Below, one piece after another: positions 37,385 to 46,125 of a stretch of 64,000 bases of DNA (positions are counted from its first letter, which is position 1; each line of letters begins with the position of its first letter). Source of the stretch: a virus; IMG/VR virus record IMGVR_UViG_3300018018_000001, positions 117,622 through 181,621 of that record, one strand, 5' to 3'. A model generated the notes under the pieces. That model had not been told where the DNA came from. It was given only the letters and a program-made list of their open reading frames with translations, and searched no databases. Made by a program: the position numbers and the translations under genes.

Positions 37385-37888
37385 ATGCTAACCTTAGAAG
37401 AAAGAAGAAAATGGAGATTGGAAAATTTGGAAAAAGAAAGACTACGTGGTAGAAAATCATATTATAAGCATAAAAATAAAAGATCAGCCCAGAGTATTAA
37501 ATGGAAGAAAGATAACCCAGGTAAAGTAAAAAGTTATCATTATAAGTATTATCAGGCGCATAAGGAAAAAAGAAAAATTATAGTACAGGAAAAAAATAAA
37601 GAATTGTTTAATGAAATATTAAATTATTATGGTCATCAATGTTCTATAATTGATTGCGGGGGTATAGAAAATCTCCGTGTAGATCATATTGGTGGGAAGG
37701 ATAATGGAGATGGATATTTGAAGGGGCATAAACTTTGGAGATGGTTGAAGAAAAACAATTTCCCTCCTGGATTTCGTATCCTTTGTCAACGTTGTAATGC
37801 TTTAGATGGGTATCTTCGTAACTCACCATTTGGAATTAATGGGATTGATAAACTTATTGAATTGGTAAAAAACAATGAAAATAAATAA
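37385..37888 (+). CDS. HNH endonuclease, family B
   Basis: YYGHQC, VDHIGG, LWRWLKKNNFPPGFRILCQRCN, INGIDKLI. Confidence 0.8.
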   Translation: MLTLEERRKWRLENLEKERLRGRKSYYKHKNKRSAQSIKWKKDNPGKVKSYHYKYYQAHKEKRKIIVQEKNKELFNEILNYYGHQCSIIDCGGIENLRVDHIGGKDNGDGYLKGHKLWRWLKKNNFPPGFRILCQRCNALDGYLRNSPFGINGIDKLIELVKNNENK

Positions 37889-39239
37889 TCTTAGTCCATC
37901 AGCACTTAAAATTTTTGAAGTTCTTCATAAAAAAGGTTATGAAGCTTTTGTTGTTGGCGGTTTTGTTAGAGATTCTATTTTAAGAATTCCTTCCACTGAT
38001 ATAGATATTGTTACTTCAGCTTTACCAGATCAAATTATAGAATTATTCCCTAATGATAAAGTTGACTTGGTGGGTAAATCTTTTGGAGTAGTATTAGTTA
38101 ATGGTATTGAAGTGGCTTCCTATCGTAATGATAAATATTTTGGCTTATCTGATAAAAATTCAATTATAGAATTTGGTACTCTTGATACTGATGCTGCAAG
38201 GCGTGATTTTACAATTAATTCAATATTTTTTGATCCAATTAGTGGAGTTATTTTTGATCCTAATAAGGGGATGAGAGATATTAGAAATAAAATAATCAAG
38301 TTTGTGGGAAATCCAAAAGATAGAATATTTGAGGACCCAAACCGCATGATAAGAGCCTGTCGATTTAGATCACAAATTGGTGGAATTTTTCATCCTGATA
38401 CTTTTAATGCCCTAAGGGAGTTTGCTCACTTCTTAGATGCTCATGTGGCAGTAGAAAGGATTAGAATGGAAATTATAAAAGCTATGAAAACTAAAAAGTC
38501 AAGTGATTTCTTTAACGCTCTCAGAGAGATTGATGCCCTCCGGTATATATTTCCATCTCTTAATTCTTGTGTAGAAGTGGGAGGGGGAATTCATCATGGT
38601 GAAGATGTTTATACCCACAATTTAATTTCTGGTAATGACATTTCTCCTAAGTTCCCCCTTATTAAACTATCTGGATTTCTTCATGACGTAGGGAAGCCTA
38701 TTTCCAAGCGATTAAACCCCAATACCGGGAATGTTTGGTTTGAAGGCCATGCTGACACAGGGGTTGAAATACTGGAACAGGAATTGAGAGACTTGACTTT
38801 TTCCAATGAGGAAATTGCCACGATTACTGGATTGGTGAAGCTTCATATGAGGATTTCTTTTGGTATGGGTCCTAAGGCTATCCGTAAACTCCTCCGAAAT
38901 TTGTGTGAGTCTGGATTGTCTTATAGGGATCTTCTTAGGCTTAGACATGCAGATATGGTGGCCAACCTTAGGAAATCTTTTAATCCCAAAAGCTTTAAGG
39001 ACGCTGTGAGAAAGTTTAGGAGAGAGATTGTTGGAAACAAGAATGAACCCTTTAACTTAAAGTCCCTTAAGGTTAATGGAAAGGATGTAATGGATACTCT
39101 GAGTATCCAGCCCGGGCCAAATGTAGGAAAGATTCTCAATACCCTTTTTGAAGAAGTCCTGGAAGATCCTTCCAGGGATGAAAAGGACTTCCTTATTGAG
39201 CGGATAAAGATTATTTGGGAAGAGTGGTGGAGAAAGTAA
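37875..39239 (+). CDS. cca: Class II tRNA nucleotidyltransferase (CCA-adding) with HD domain
   Basis: VVGGFVRD, DIDIVTS, RRDFTINS, EDPNRMIRACRF, ERIRME, LHDVGKP. Confidence 0.92.
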   Translation: MKINNLSPSALKIFEVLHKKGYEAFVVGGFVRDSILRIPSTDIDIVTSALPDQIIELFPNDKVDLVGKSFGVVLVNGIEVASYRNDKYFGLSDKNSIIEFGTLDTDAARRDFTINSIFFDPISGVIFDPNKGMRDIRNKIIKFVGNPKDRIFEDPNRMIRACRFRSQIGGIFHPDTFNALREFAHFLDAHVAVERIRMEIIKAMKTKKSSDFFNALREIDALRYIFPSLNSCVEVGGGIHHGEDVYTHNLISGNDISPKFPLIKLSGFLHDVGKPISKRLNPNTGNVWFEGHADTGVEILEQELRDLTFSNEEIATITGLVKLHMRISFGMGPKAIRKLLRNLCESGLSYRDLLRLRHADMVANLRKSFNPKSFKDAVRKFRREIVGNKNEPFNLKSLKVNGKDVMDTLSIQPGPNVGKILNTLFEEVLEDPSRDEKDFLIERIKIIWEEWWRK

Positions 39240-39481
39240 TGGAAACTGATGGATACGGGAATGTGAAATGTCCCAAATGTAAAAAATTTTATGCAGAGTC
39301 ATTTGAAGAATGCCCTAATTGTTGCTCTCATGATGAATTAGAATTAGATGAAGAGTGGCAGGGGGATGATGATACTGGTGGGTGGGGGGTTAGTTTTGTG
39401 TGCTCTAGGTGTGGTAAAAATTATGATTGGGATAGGGATTATATAATTAATCACTATAAATTAGTCCGTAAGGAGAAATAA
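39239..39481 (+). CDS. Small zinc-finger protein
   Basis: CPKC, CPNC, CSRC. Confidence 0.6.
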   Translation: METDGYGNVKCPKCKKFYAESFEECPNCCSHDELELDEEWQGDDDTGGWGVSFVCSRCGKNYDWDRDYIINHYKLVRKEK

Positions 39482-40089
39482 TGAATAGAGATGTGGTAAA
39501 GGAGTATCAGGGGGAAGTGGAATTTTTTTGTAAGAATATTAGGGGAGTTATTAATCACCTGGATTCTGTCTATTCCATGAAAGATATTGAGAATGACTTA
39601 TGGGTATTAGTTTTTGAAACTGTCAGGGATTATGGGGATGCTGTGAATATATTCCTCATTAGAAAACGGTTCCGTAACCATTTGATTAGACTTCTTAGGG
39701 GGCGTGCAGTCAGAATAAATGTCCTTCCCAAAATACAAGATAATGGAGAGATGGTAGACATTATTGAAAATTCAATTGAGGCTTTATACTCTCATTTTAT
39801 CCATACCCCTGATGATATTTTTGATGGTAATGAACTCTTGAGGTTGGTTGACTCCTGGGTTTCGGAACAGGATGATAATACAAAGAGGGTTATAAGGGAA
39901 CTCCTTACCCCCTCCCCTGAAGTTCTGGAGAAGTGGGAAGAGATAGCAAAAAAGACTAAGATGTATAGAAATTGTAAGAGAATTCCCGCTTCTGTAGTAT
40001 CTAGGATTCTTGGAATAAAATTCAGGGAACATGTTAGAATAATGAGAAATATGAAAAACTATTTGAGAATGAAGGGTTATGAGGTATGA
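39481..40089 (+). CDS. Candidate phage sigma70-family (ECF-size) sigma factor
   Basis: Region 2-like DIENDLWVLVFETVRDY...RKRFRNHLIRLLR; region 4 HTH-like ASVVSRILGIKFREHVRIMRNMKNYLR. Confidence 0.5.
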   Translation: MNRDVVKEYQGEVEFFCKNIRGVINHLDSVYSMKDIENDLWVLVFETVRDYGDAVNIFLIRKRFRNHLIRLLRGRAVRINVLPKIQDNGEMVDIIENSIEALYSHFIHTPDDIFDGNELLRLVDSWVSEQDDNTKRVIRELLTPSPEVLEKWEEIAKKTKMYRNCKRIPASVVSRILGIKFREHVRIMRNMKNYLRMKGYEV

Positions 40090-40090
40090 A

Positions 40091-40837
40091 ATGATTGAAA
40101 AAATGAAACATGATAGTCTTGGGAATCGGATGAAGATGTATGAAAATACTTATCGCTATCATCTTCTCCGAAAAGTGCCTGTAATTGTTCGTGTAGATGG
40201 TAGAGCTTTTCATTCTCTTACCCGACATATGAGTAAACCTTTTGATCCTGGATTTATGGATTCAATGATTTCTGCTGCTATCCATACTGCTGAGGGTATG
40301 CAGGGATTCAAGCTTGGTTACGTTCAATCTGATGAGTCTTCATTTCTTCTCCATGATTTTGACCATGATGAAACTGAGGCTTGGTTTGATTACAATATTA
40401 ATAAGGTTGTTAGCATTTCAGCTTCTACAATGTCTGTTTATTTTAATTTAGCTTTGAGCCGTTATACCCAAGATTTTGGGAGTCTGGGGGTTTTTGACGG
40501 TCGATCTCATAATATTCCTAATGAAGATACTCCCAATTATTTCTTCTGGAGGTATCAGGATTGCAAGAGGAATAGCCTTCAGATGTATTGTCAGTCATTC
40601 TTTTCTCACAAGCAATTGCATGGTAAGGGGTGGTCAGATCAACATGTAATGCTTCATGGGATTGGAAAGAATTGGACTACTGGCCTCTCTTGGAGAGAGA
40701 AAAATGGGACGTTCATTTTTCCAGGTGGGAAAACTTCAAATGACTTTGTAAATCCAAATTATTATGATATTGATTACATGCAAATAGATAAATGGATTAA
40801 TAAAAATCCTTTTAAGGTGGAGGCCAGTAATGGGTGA
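40091..40837 (+). CDS. thg1: tRNA(His) guanylyltransferase Thg1-like 3'-5' polymerase
   Basis: RMKMYE, VRVDGRAFHSLT, YVQSDESSF, FDGR, WRYQDCKRNS. Confidence 0.92.
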   Translation: MIEKMKHDSLGNRMKMYENTYRYHLLRKVPVIVRVDGRAFHSLTRHMSKPFDPGFMDSMISAAIHTAEGMQGFKLGYVQSDESSFLLHDFDHDETEAWFDYNINKVVSISASTMSVYFNLALSRYTQDFGSLGVFDGRSHNIPNEDTPNYFFWRYQDCKRNSLQMYCQSFFSHKQLHGKGWSDQHVMLHGIGKNWTTGLSWREKNGTFIFPGGKTSNDFVNPNYYDIDYMQIDKWINKNPFKVEASNG

Positions 40838-41054
40838 TGGTGCTGATGATGCAATGGAAAGGGATTTTGATTCCTATTGGGAAGAGGGTTTTCGTGATCC
40901 AGATGATTGCCCTGAATATGTTCCTTCCCAACCCCGTTATGCTGGTGATCCATGTCCCAAAGGTTGTGATGGTACTTTGGTATTGAGAAAGAATAGGACC
41001 ACTGGGGTTGAATTTTTAGGATGTTCTTCATTCCCTAAGTGTAAGGGATATTAA
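40830..41054 (+). CDS. Topoisomerase-type C4 zinc ribbon protein
   Basis: CPKGCDGTLVLRKNR..GVEFLGCSSFPKC. Confidence 0.8.
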   Translation: MGDGADDAMERDFDSYWEEGFRDPDDCPEYVPSQPRYAGDPCPKGCDGTLVLRKNRTTGVEFLGCSSFPKCKGY

Positions 41055-41070
41055 TAAAAAGGAGGAAAGT

Positions 41071-41286
41071 ATGGAAGGTATGAAAAGAATTAAATTAGGA
41101 ATGCTATGTGTTCTGTTGCTGGCCATGATGTTTATGGCTAACTCTTGTGGAAGCTGTTCAAGAGGAATAGCTAACCTTACAGGCTATGATAAAATTTGTA
41201 TAGATGGGGTGGAGTATCTTCAGTTTCCCTCTGGAGTTACCCCGGCATATTTCCCTGATGGAAGAATAAAGACTTGTGGTAAATGA
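41071..41286 (+). CDS. Small lipoprotein
   Basis: Signal peptide ending MANSC. Confidence 0.6.
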   Translation: MEGMKRIKLGMLCVLLLAMMFMANSCGSCSRGIANLTGYDKICIDGVEYLQFPSGVTPAYFPDGRIKTCGK

Positions 41287-41669
41287 GAGTGGACTTACAA
41301 ACTCTAAAAAATAAAGCCATAGAGATTTCTAAGGAATCTCCTCATCGAATAAAGATGGGAGCAGCTATCTTTAAGGGGAAGAGGTTAATATCCTTGGGGT
41401 ATAATCATCCCTTGAAATCGGCTAAGCATCTTCATCCCCGATACCAGAGATGGAAGGGAAGTATTCACGCTGAGGTGGATGCAATACTTAAAGCCAAGAC
41501 TGATTTGACCCGTTGCAGTATTATAGTGGTTAGGGTTAATCGGTTTGGGATATTTAGGACTGCTAAGCCTTGTGAACGATGCCTTTCATATATTGAGGCA
41601 GTGGGCATAAAGAAAGTTTATTACACAAGTAACTATTGTGAATTCTTTTTGGAAGAAATATCCTTATAG
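41283..41669 (+). CDS. Cytidine/deoxycytidylate deaminase family protein
   Basis: MGAAIF, HAEVDAI, KPCERC. Confidence 0.85.
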   Translation: MRVDLQTLKNKAIEISKESPHRIKMGAAIFKGKRLISLGYNHPLKSAKHLHPRYQRWKGSIHAEVDAILKAKTDLTRCSIIVVRVNRFGIFRTAKPCERCLSYIEAVGIKKVYYTSNYCEFFLEEISL

Positions 41670-41678
41670 GAGGGCAGA

Positions 41679-41921
41679 ATGAGATTTCAGGAAGCTAAAG
41701 AAAAATTGGAGTCCATGATTGGGGAAAGATATAGCCATATATCTTATAAGCTAACCTTTTGTAATAAATATAATCCCCCACTTGTTGAATCTCAATGTGA
41801 GGTTTACGTGGAAGGTTTTGGGATAATTTTTGCACCTACTTGGGAAAAGGTTTTTGACCAATTGAATTCCGTTATGGAGGGAAGGAAACCACCCAAGACA
41901 GAAGAGATACCTGAAATATGA
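41679..41921 (+). CDS. Hypothetical protein
   Basis: GGAGG RBS. Confidence 0.6.
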   Translation: MRFQEAKEKLESMIGERYSHISYKLTFCNKYNPPLVESQCEVYVEGFGIIFAPTWEKVFDQLNSVMEGRKPPKTEEIPEI

Positions 41922-42268
41922 TTACCCAAATAACAAGATATAGGGGGGATAAAAGATTCCTCTCTAACTTTTATGAGATTGGGATTTATTATAAGGGGGT
42001 TACTTATAAGACCCTTGAACATGCGTTCCAAGCACAAAAGACTTTGAGCCTATCCGAAAAGGCTTGGGTAGCAATAGCGGAAAAGCCTGGGGATGCCAAG
42101 TATAGAGGTAGCCAGGTTCATGTAAGAGAGGATTGGGATCAGGTTAAGGATGGGATCATGCTTGACCTCTTGAAAATAAAATTCTCTAATTCTGAATTGC
42201 TGAGGAAGCTTAAAGAGACAGGTAATTCCGAATTGATTGAGGGTAACTATTGGCATGATAATTGGTAA
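41918..42268 (+). CDS. NADAR (YbiA-like) protein, C-terminally truncated
   Basis: FLSNFY, EHAFQAQK, REDWDQVK..IM, LKETG..ELIEGN.WHD, then stop. Confidence 0.8.
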   Translation: MITQITRYRGDKRFLSNFYEIGIYYKGVTYKTLEHAFQAQKTLSLSEKAWVAIAEKPGDAKYRGSQVHVREDWDQVKDGIMLDLLKIKFSNSELLRKLKETGNSELIEGNYWHDNW

Positions 42269-42517
42269 ATTGTTTGAGGTTCGTTCAAAAAGTTTAATAA
42301 AAAATCCTCATTATGATATTTTAAATTACCAAGGGTATAGTGAGGAGGAAGCTGTGGCTACTTTTATGGAAAGTGAGGATACATGAAAAGACTTACAGGG
42401 GGAATTGATATAGTTCCTTTTATCACCGTGTTTCTTTATGGCCTTTTCGTACTTGTTTTAATGGTGGCAATCTATTCTGCTATTTCCAAGTTAAAAAGAA
42501 AAAGATAGGAATTTTTA

Positions 42518-43948
42518 ATGGAATTACGATATAACTTTCCCGAAATGGAAAATCGGATTTCAACTGCATATGCTTGCTTTTGTTTCGAGCATGGTAAGGG
42601 CCAAGCTAGTGAGGGTACTAAAACTGAACTGTATGAGGCAATAAAAGTCCTTACAGATGTCATTCTGCAGGATAGAAACCTGAATACGAAGAGGATGAAT
42701 AAAGAGGAAATCGCTTATGAGTACACGGTGGATTTGTATGAAAGGTTAGTGACTGGGGCTCTCAAGCCCAAAAGAAGAGATGGTTTGTTGTGGGGTCCTC
42801 TTGATCGCTTTGCCTGGAATGAATACATAAGACAGAATATAAAACGGACGATAGATAATATGGGAAAGAATACTCTATGGTCTGACATAATAATAGAGCT
42901 TGATGCTGTCCCCAGTGAAGAGGATTTAAAGGACCGTACTCAAGATGTTTGGTTTGAAAAGGAAGATTCATTAAACACAAATATTGACAAGGATAAATTA
43001 TCGGTTAAGATTTATAAATATCTTCAGGGTTTTTATGTGGATGAGGAAATAAACAGGCTTTGGCCTTTGGCATCGGAATTATATTTCAGAGATGGGGATA
43101 AAGCTATTCCTGATAATCTTCCTGATTACATAACCAATTTCATGAGAATTGGTTTAGGGGGAGCACGTAGGTTGGCTAAGCAATACAATATAAGATTCCC
43201 CCTGGATGAGGTTTCAGTCAAGGCCCTTAAACAGGCCGAAAAGTCCATGGCTTTCTCTACCCTGTTCCTTTCCGAAGTAATTGATGAGAAACAGATTGAC
43301 AGAAATTTATTACTGGCTTGTGATATCAATACCCTTTATACTTTGTCCCATTTATCAGGGGGGAGAAAGGTTGAGATCCCTACCATTAGGAAACTGGAGA
43401 GCGTTCAAGCGGCTGTTAAAATAGTTTCCAGAATGATAATAGATGGTAAGAATTTCCCGGATCTTAGGTATGAGAAGGGCAAGGAAAAACTGGATGGATT
43501 GATAGATTTAACGGTAGGGGAGTTTAATCTCATATTTGCGAATAAAAAGGATACACGCTATATTGCCTCAAAAATGATTGAAACCTATAACTTACATCCT
43601 TATGATACTAAAGGAGATCCTACAATTGACCTCCTGATTGTGGCAAGCAAGGCCCTTAACACGGTAGCGGCCCGATTACCTGATGCAGTGGATAAAAGTG
43701 TCCCTCTTAAGGATAGAATCAGGATGTTTAATGCTCTGGGTAGTATGCAGAGCAAGCTTTTGACAAGAACATCCAAGGCTTACAAATCTATACCTGAAAA
43801 GATGTTTTCTGATGATTTGAATAAGTCAAAAAACATTAATGTTATTGAGAAGTTAAAAGAGAATATCCAGAAGGGAATTGAGTCTGGAGCACCATCTTTT
43901 TTGATAAAAAAAGAGGAAGCAATGATAATTTTAAGGCTTTTGGACTAA
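42518..43948 (+). CDS. Large hypothetical protein, possible transcription regulator
   Basis: N-terminal sigma2-like pattern (EEIAYEYTVDLYERL...WNEYIRQNIKRTI) and Mor-like LSGGRKVEIPT; weak. Confidence 0.35.
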   Translation: MELRYNFPEMENRISTAYACFCFEHGKGQASEGTKTELYEAIKVLTDVILQDRNLNTKRMNKEEIAYEYTVDLYERLVTGALKPKRRDGLLWGPLDRFAWNEYIRQNIKRTIDNMGKNTLWSDIIIELDAVPSEEDLKDRTQDVWFEKEDSLNTNIDKDKLSVKIYKYLQGFYVDEEINRLWPLASELYFRDGDKAIPDNLPDYITNFMRIGLGGARRLAKQYNIRFPLDEVSVKALKQAEKSMAFSTLFLSEVIDEKQIDRNLLLACDINTLYTLSHLSGGRKVEIPTIRKLESVQAAVKIVSRMIIDGKNFPDLRYEKGKEKLDGLIDLTVGEFNLIFANKKDTRYIASKMIETYNLHPYDTKGDPTIDLLIVASKALNTVAARLPDAVDKSVPLKDRIRMFNALGSMQSKLLTRTSKAYKSIPEKMFSDDLNKSKNINVIEKLKENIQKGIESGAPSFLIKKEEAMIILRLLD

Positions 43949-43973
43949 ACTTTTCCCTAGAAAGTGCCGAAGA
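43946..43973 (+). promoter_or_regulatory. sigma28-like promoter P8
   Basis: TAAA-N16-GCCGAAGA; TAA is the stop codon of the upstream gene. Confidence 0.8.
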
Positions 43974-43994
43974 GACATTCAAAGGGAGGATAAA

Positions 43995-44138
43995 ATGACC
44001 CCCAACAGAATTCATGAGTGGATTGACAAGTTAATCAAAAAAGAGATAGATTCAAGGGAAATTATTGAGGCAGAAATAGTGGAAGTGTGTGAATTTAAGC
44101 TATTAACTGCTCCTAAAAGGATTGACATTTACGTTTAG
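43995..44138 (+). CDS. Small protein (47 aa)
   Basis: GGGAGGA RBS after P8. Confidence 0.6.
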   Translation: MTPNRIHEWIDKLIKKEIDSREIIEAEIVEVCEFKLLTAPKRIDIYV

Positions 44139-44149
44139 GGAGGGATATT

Positions 44150-44236
44150 ATGAGCAAGATTTGGTGTTATTTATTAATTAATATTGCTGCGTTTTTGTAC
44201 GGATTTTATATTCTCTATCCACTCTGTAGTCATTAA
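44150..44236 (+). CDS. Membrane microprotein (28 aa)
   Basis: GGGAGGG RBS; MSKIWCYLLINIAAFLYGFYILYPLCSH. Confidence 0.55.
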   Translation: MSKIWCYLLINIAAFLYGFYILYPLCSH

Positions 44237-44246
44237 GGAGGGTACA

Positions 44247-44348
44247 ATGAATGGCACATTGACTGGCAATTTTGTTACAGGAATATTTGTAGGTTTAGGA
44301 CTCGCAGGAATAGCTTTAGGTGTGCTGAGGCTATTTGGTATTATTTAA
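44247..44348 (+). CDS. Membrane microprotein (33 aa)
   Basis: AAGGAGG RBS; Gly-rich TM helix GIFVGLGLAGIALGV. Confidence 0.6.
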   Translation: MNGTLTGNFVTGIFVGLGLAGIALGVLRLFGII

Positions 44349-44359
44349 GGAGAATGATC

Positions 44360-44443
44360 ATGATATTCGATATTTTCCTATATGGCTTTGCCGTTAACTG
44401 TGTGTTTTTCCTAATCGGGGGAAGAGTAAGTGGTTTGTTTTAA
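44360..44443 (+). CDS. Membrane microprotein (27 aa)
   Basis: AAGGAG RBS; MIFDIFLYGFAVNCVFFLIGGRVSGLF. Confidence 0.5.
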   Translation: MIFDIFLYGFAVNCVFFLIGGRVSGLF

Positions 44444-44738
44444 TTGTAACTTTGATATTCCCATAACTGCCGAAAATTATGCAGAGGTTGTGGAATGTCC
44501 CTCTTGCCATGCCCTCTACTCAGAGATGGTTTCTTTTAAAGACTCTCTTGCCTTTGTCCTTCTCGAATACCGTGAAGGAAAAATTCTCTATGAAGATGTT
44601 AGGGCCTTTTATTTTACTGTTTTGATTTCCAAGGAGGATAATCTCTACCTGGATTCCCGTAAAGGGTGGTTTGATCCAGTGACAAAGAAGATGGTTCATC
44701 GTGAGGATATAGAGGGGTTGGAGGAAAATTTAGAATGA
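44430..44738 (+). CDS. Zinc-ribbon hypothetical protein
   Basis: CFNC...CPSC. Confidence 0.6.
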   Translation: MVCFNCNFDIPITAENYAEVVECPSCHALYSEMVSFKDSLAFVLLEYREGKILYEDVRAFYFTVLISKEDNLYLDSRKGWFDPVTKKMVHREDIEGLEENLE

Positions 44739-45178
44739 CTTATGACACTGTTCAAAGAAGAGAATATCATTTGAAAAATAAAGAAAAAGAAAATTCCTAT
44801 AGTAAAAAATATTATTGGGATAATACAGAAAGGGAAAAATCTCAATCTATTAAAAGATATAAGGATTTATATGAGGGGGTATTGAATCATTATGGACACC
44901 AATGCCCAATATGTGGGAGCATGGAAAAACTTGGAGTAGATCATATTGGTGGATGGAATGGTAATGGTAAGTATTTAGATGGTCATCAGCTTTGGTTTTG
45001 GCTTAAGAAAAATAATTACCCAAAAGAATTTCGTATTCTTTGCCGGAAATGTAATTTATTAGATGGTTATCTGAGGAAACATAAAAGACTTGGGATTAAT
45101 GGAATTGATGCATTGATAAAATTAAAAAATAAGGAAGATTTTTCTCTTGAAGAGGAAATAAAAGTAAAAAAAGAGTAA
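44735..45178 (+). CDS. HNH endonuclease, family B
   Basis: HYGHQCPICG, VDHIGG, NNYPKEFRILCRKCN, INGIDALIKL. Confidence 0.8.
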   Translation: MTYDTVQRREYHLKNKEKENSYSKKYYWDNTEREKSQSIKRYKDLYEGVLNHYGHQCPICGSMEKLGVDHIGGWNGNGKYLDGHQLWFWLKKNNYPKEFRILCRKCNLLDGYLRKHKRLGINGIDALIKLKNKEDFSLEEEIKVKKE

Positions 45179-45185
45179 AAAGTGC

Positions 45186-45213
45186 TAAACTTTTTCTGCA
45201 GACTTGACGAAAA
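45186..45213 (+). promoter_or_regulatory. sigma28-like promoter P9
   Basis: TAAA-N16-GACGAAAA. Confidence 0.65.
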
Positions 45214-45225
45214 GACTGACAGAAA

Positions 45226-45358
45226 GGCTCACATATTAGTTACCTGATTCATTACTACTTAAATTAAGCCAGGAAGGAGGTGGTGATGAAATGGTTGGTA
45301 AAGTGGTAATGAGGATAGTGACTAATGAAAGTGGCCAAAATAAACGCTCTTCGGAGCG
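45226..45358 (+). ncRNA. Structured leader or small RNA: 110-nt rod plus UUCG hairpin
   Basis: Helices 45235-45243/45318-45326 (9 bp), 45249-45260/45301-45312 (12 bp), 45267-45271/45292-45296; CGCTC-TTCG-GAGCG at 45345-45358. Confidence 0.6.
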
Positions 45359-45384
45359 AAAAAACCAAAAAAGGAGATAGTACA

Positions 45385-46056
45385 ATGAAGAAGATGTTTG
45401 CTTTGATTTTAGCGTTGGTGATGGTGGCCTTTGCGGGTTCCGCTATGGCTTGTGGATTTGGCCAGGATTGTGGCCTTGATTACAGTGGTATTACTATTAC
45501 TGGAAACGCCAGCCAGTCAAGTCTGGGGCAGATTTCCAAGAGTATTGGTACTGGTGCCAACGGAGCGGGTGCTGGTGCAAGTTTTGACCAGACTAGCACT
45601 GGAACCTATACCGCCACCTTCAGCGGGAAAGACAAGCTGAATGCTGATGGACAGGCTGCTGCTGATGGTTTTGCCAAAATTACGAGTGACCTGGATAAAA
45701 TCTCTAACGGTTATCAGGCCAGTGTGAATGGAACCCTTAATAATTCCGCTGAGGCTCTTGTTACCTCTAATGGAACGTGCAAAGATATGAACGCTATTGC
45801 ACAGGGTACTGGAACCCTTAACACCGCCACGGTTGCTGGTATCGGCCTTGACACCCCCAATTATGTGTTAGGTACAACCTCAACTATAGGGACTTTCAAT
45901 TACGTAATTGATCCTACCAAGAGTGTTCAGGGATCTGGATATTTGAATGGTTCTGGAATGACCACGGTTCAAACGGTGGGCCGTGATGATGGTGGAATGC
46001 AGGTTTCTACTCATGCACAATCTAACGCAGGTGCAAGTGTAAAGCTGCTGAAGTAA
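45385..46056 (+). CDS. Secreted G/A/S/T/N-rich protein
   Basis: Sec signal MKKMFALILALVMVAFAGSAMA; low-complexity beta-prone mature region. Confidence 0.8.
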   Translation: MKKMFALILALVMVAFAGSAMACGFGQDCGLDYSGITITGNASQSSLGQISKSIGTGANGAGAGASFDQTSTGTYTATFSGKDKLNADGQAAADGFAKITSDLDKISNGYQASVNGTLNNSAEALVTSNGTCKDMNAIAQGTGTLNTATVAGIGLDTPNYVLGTTSTIGTFNYVIDPTKSVQGSGYLNGSGMTTVQTVGRDDGGMQVSTHAQSNAGASVKLLK

Positions 46057-46075
46057 TTCCTTCATCAATTTGTTT

Positions 46076-46101
46076 TTGAGGGTGAGATATCTCACCCTCA
46101 A
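46076..46101 (+). terminator. Perfect 26-bp palindrome, terminator or stabilising hairpin
   Basis: TTGAGGGTGAGAT/ATCTCACCCTCAA followed by TTTT. Confidence 0.65.
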
Positions 46102-46125
46102 TTTTACAAAAGGAGAACGTGAAGT

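Noticed and set aside
45226-45336. SRP RNA, 6S RNA or c-di-GMP riboswitch identity for the rod
   Set aside because: The diagnostic conserved sequences of those families were not found; kept as an unassigned structure.
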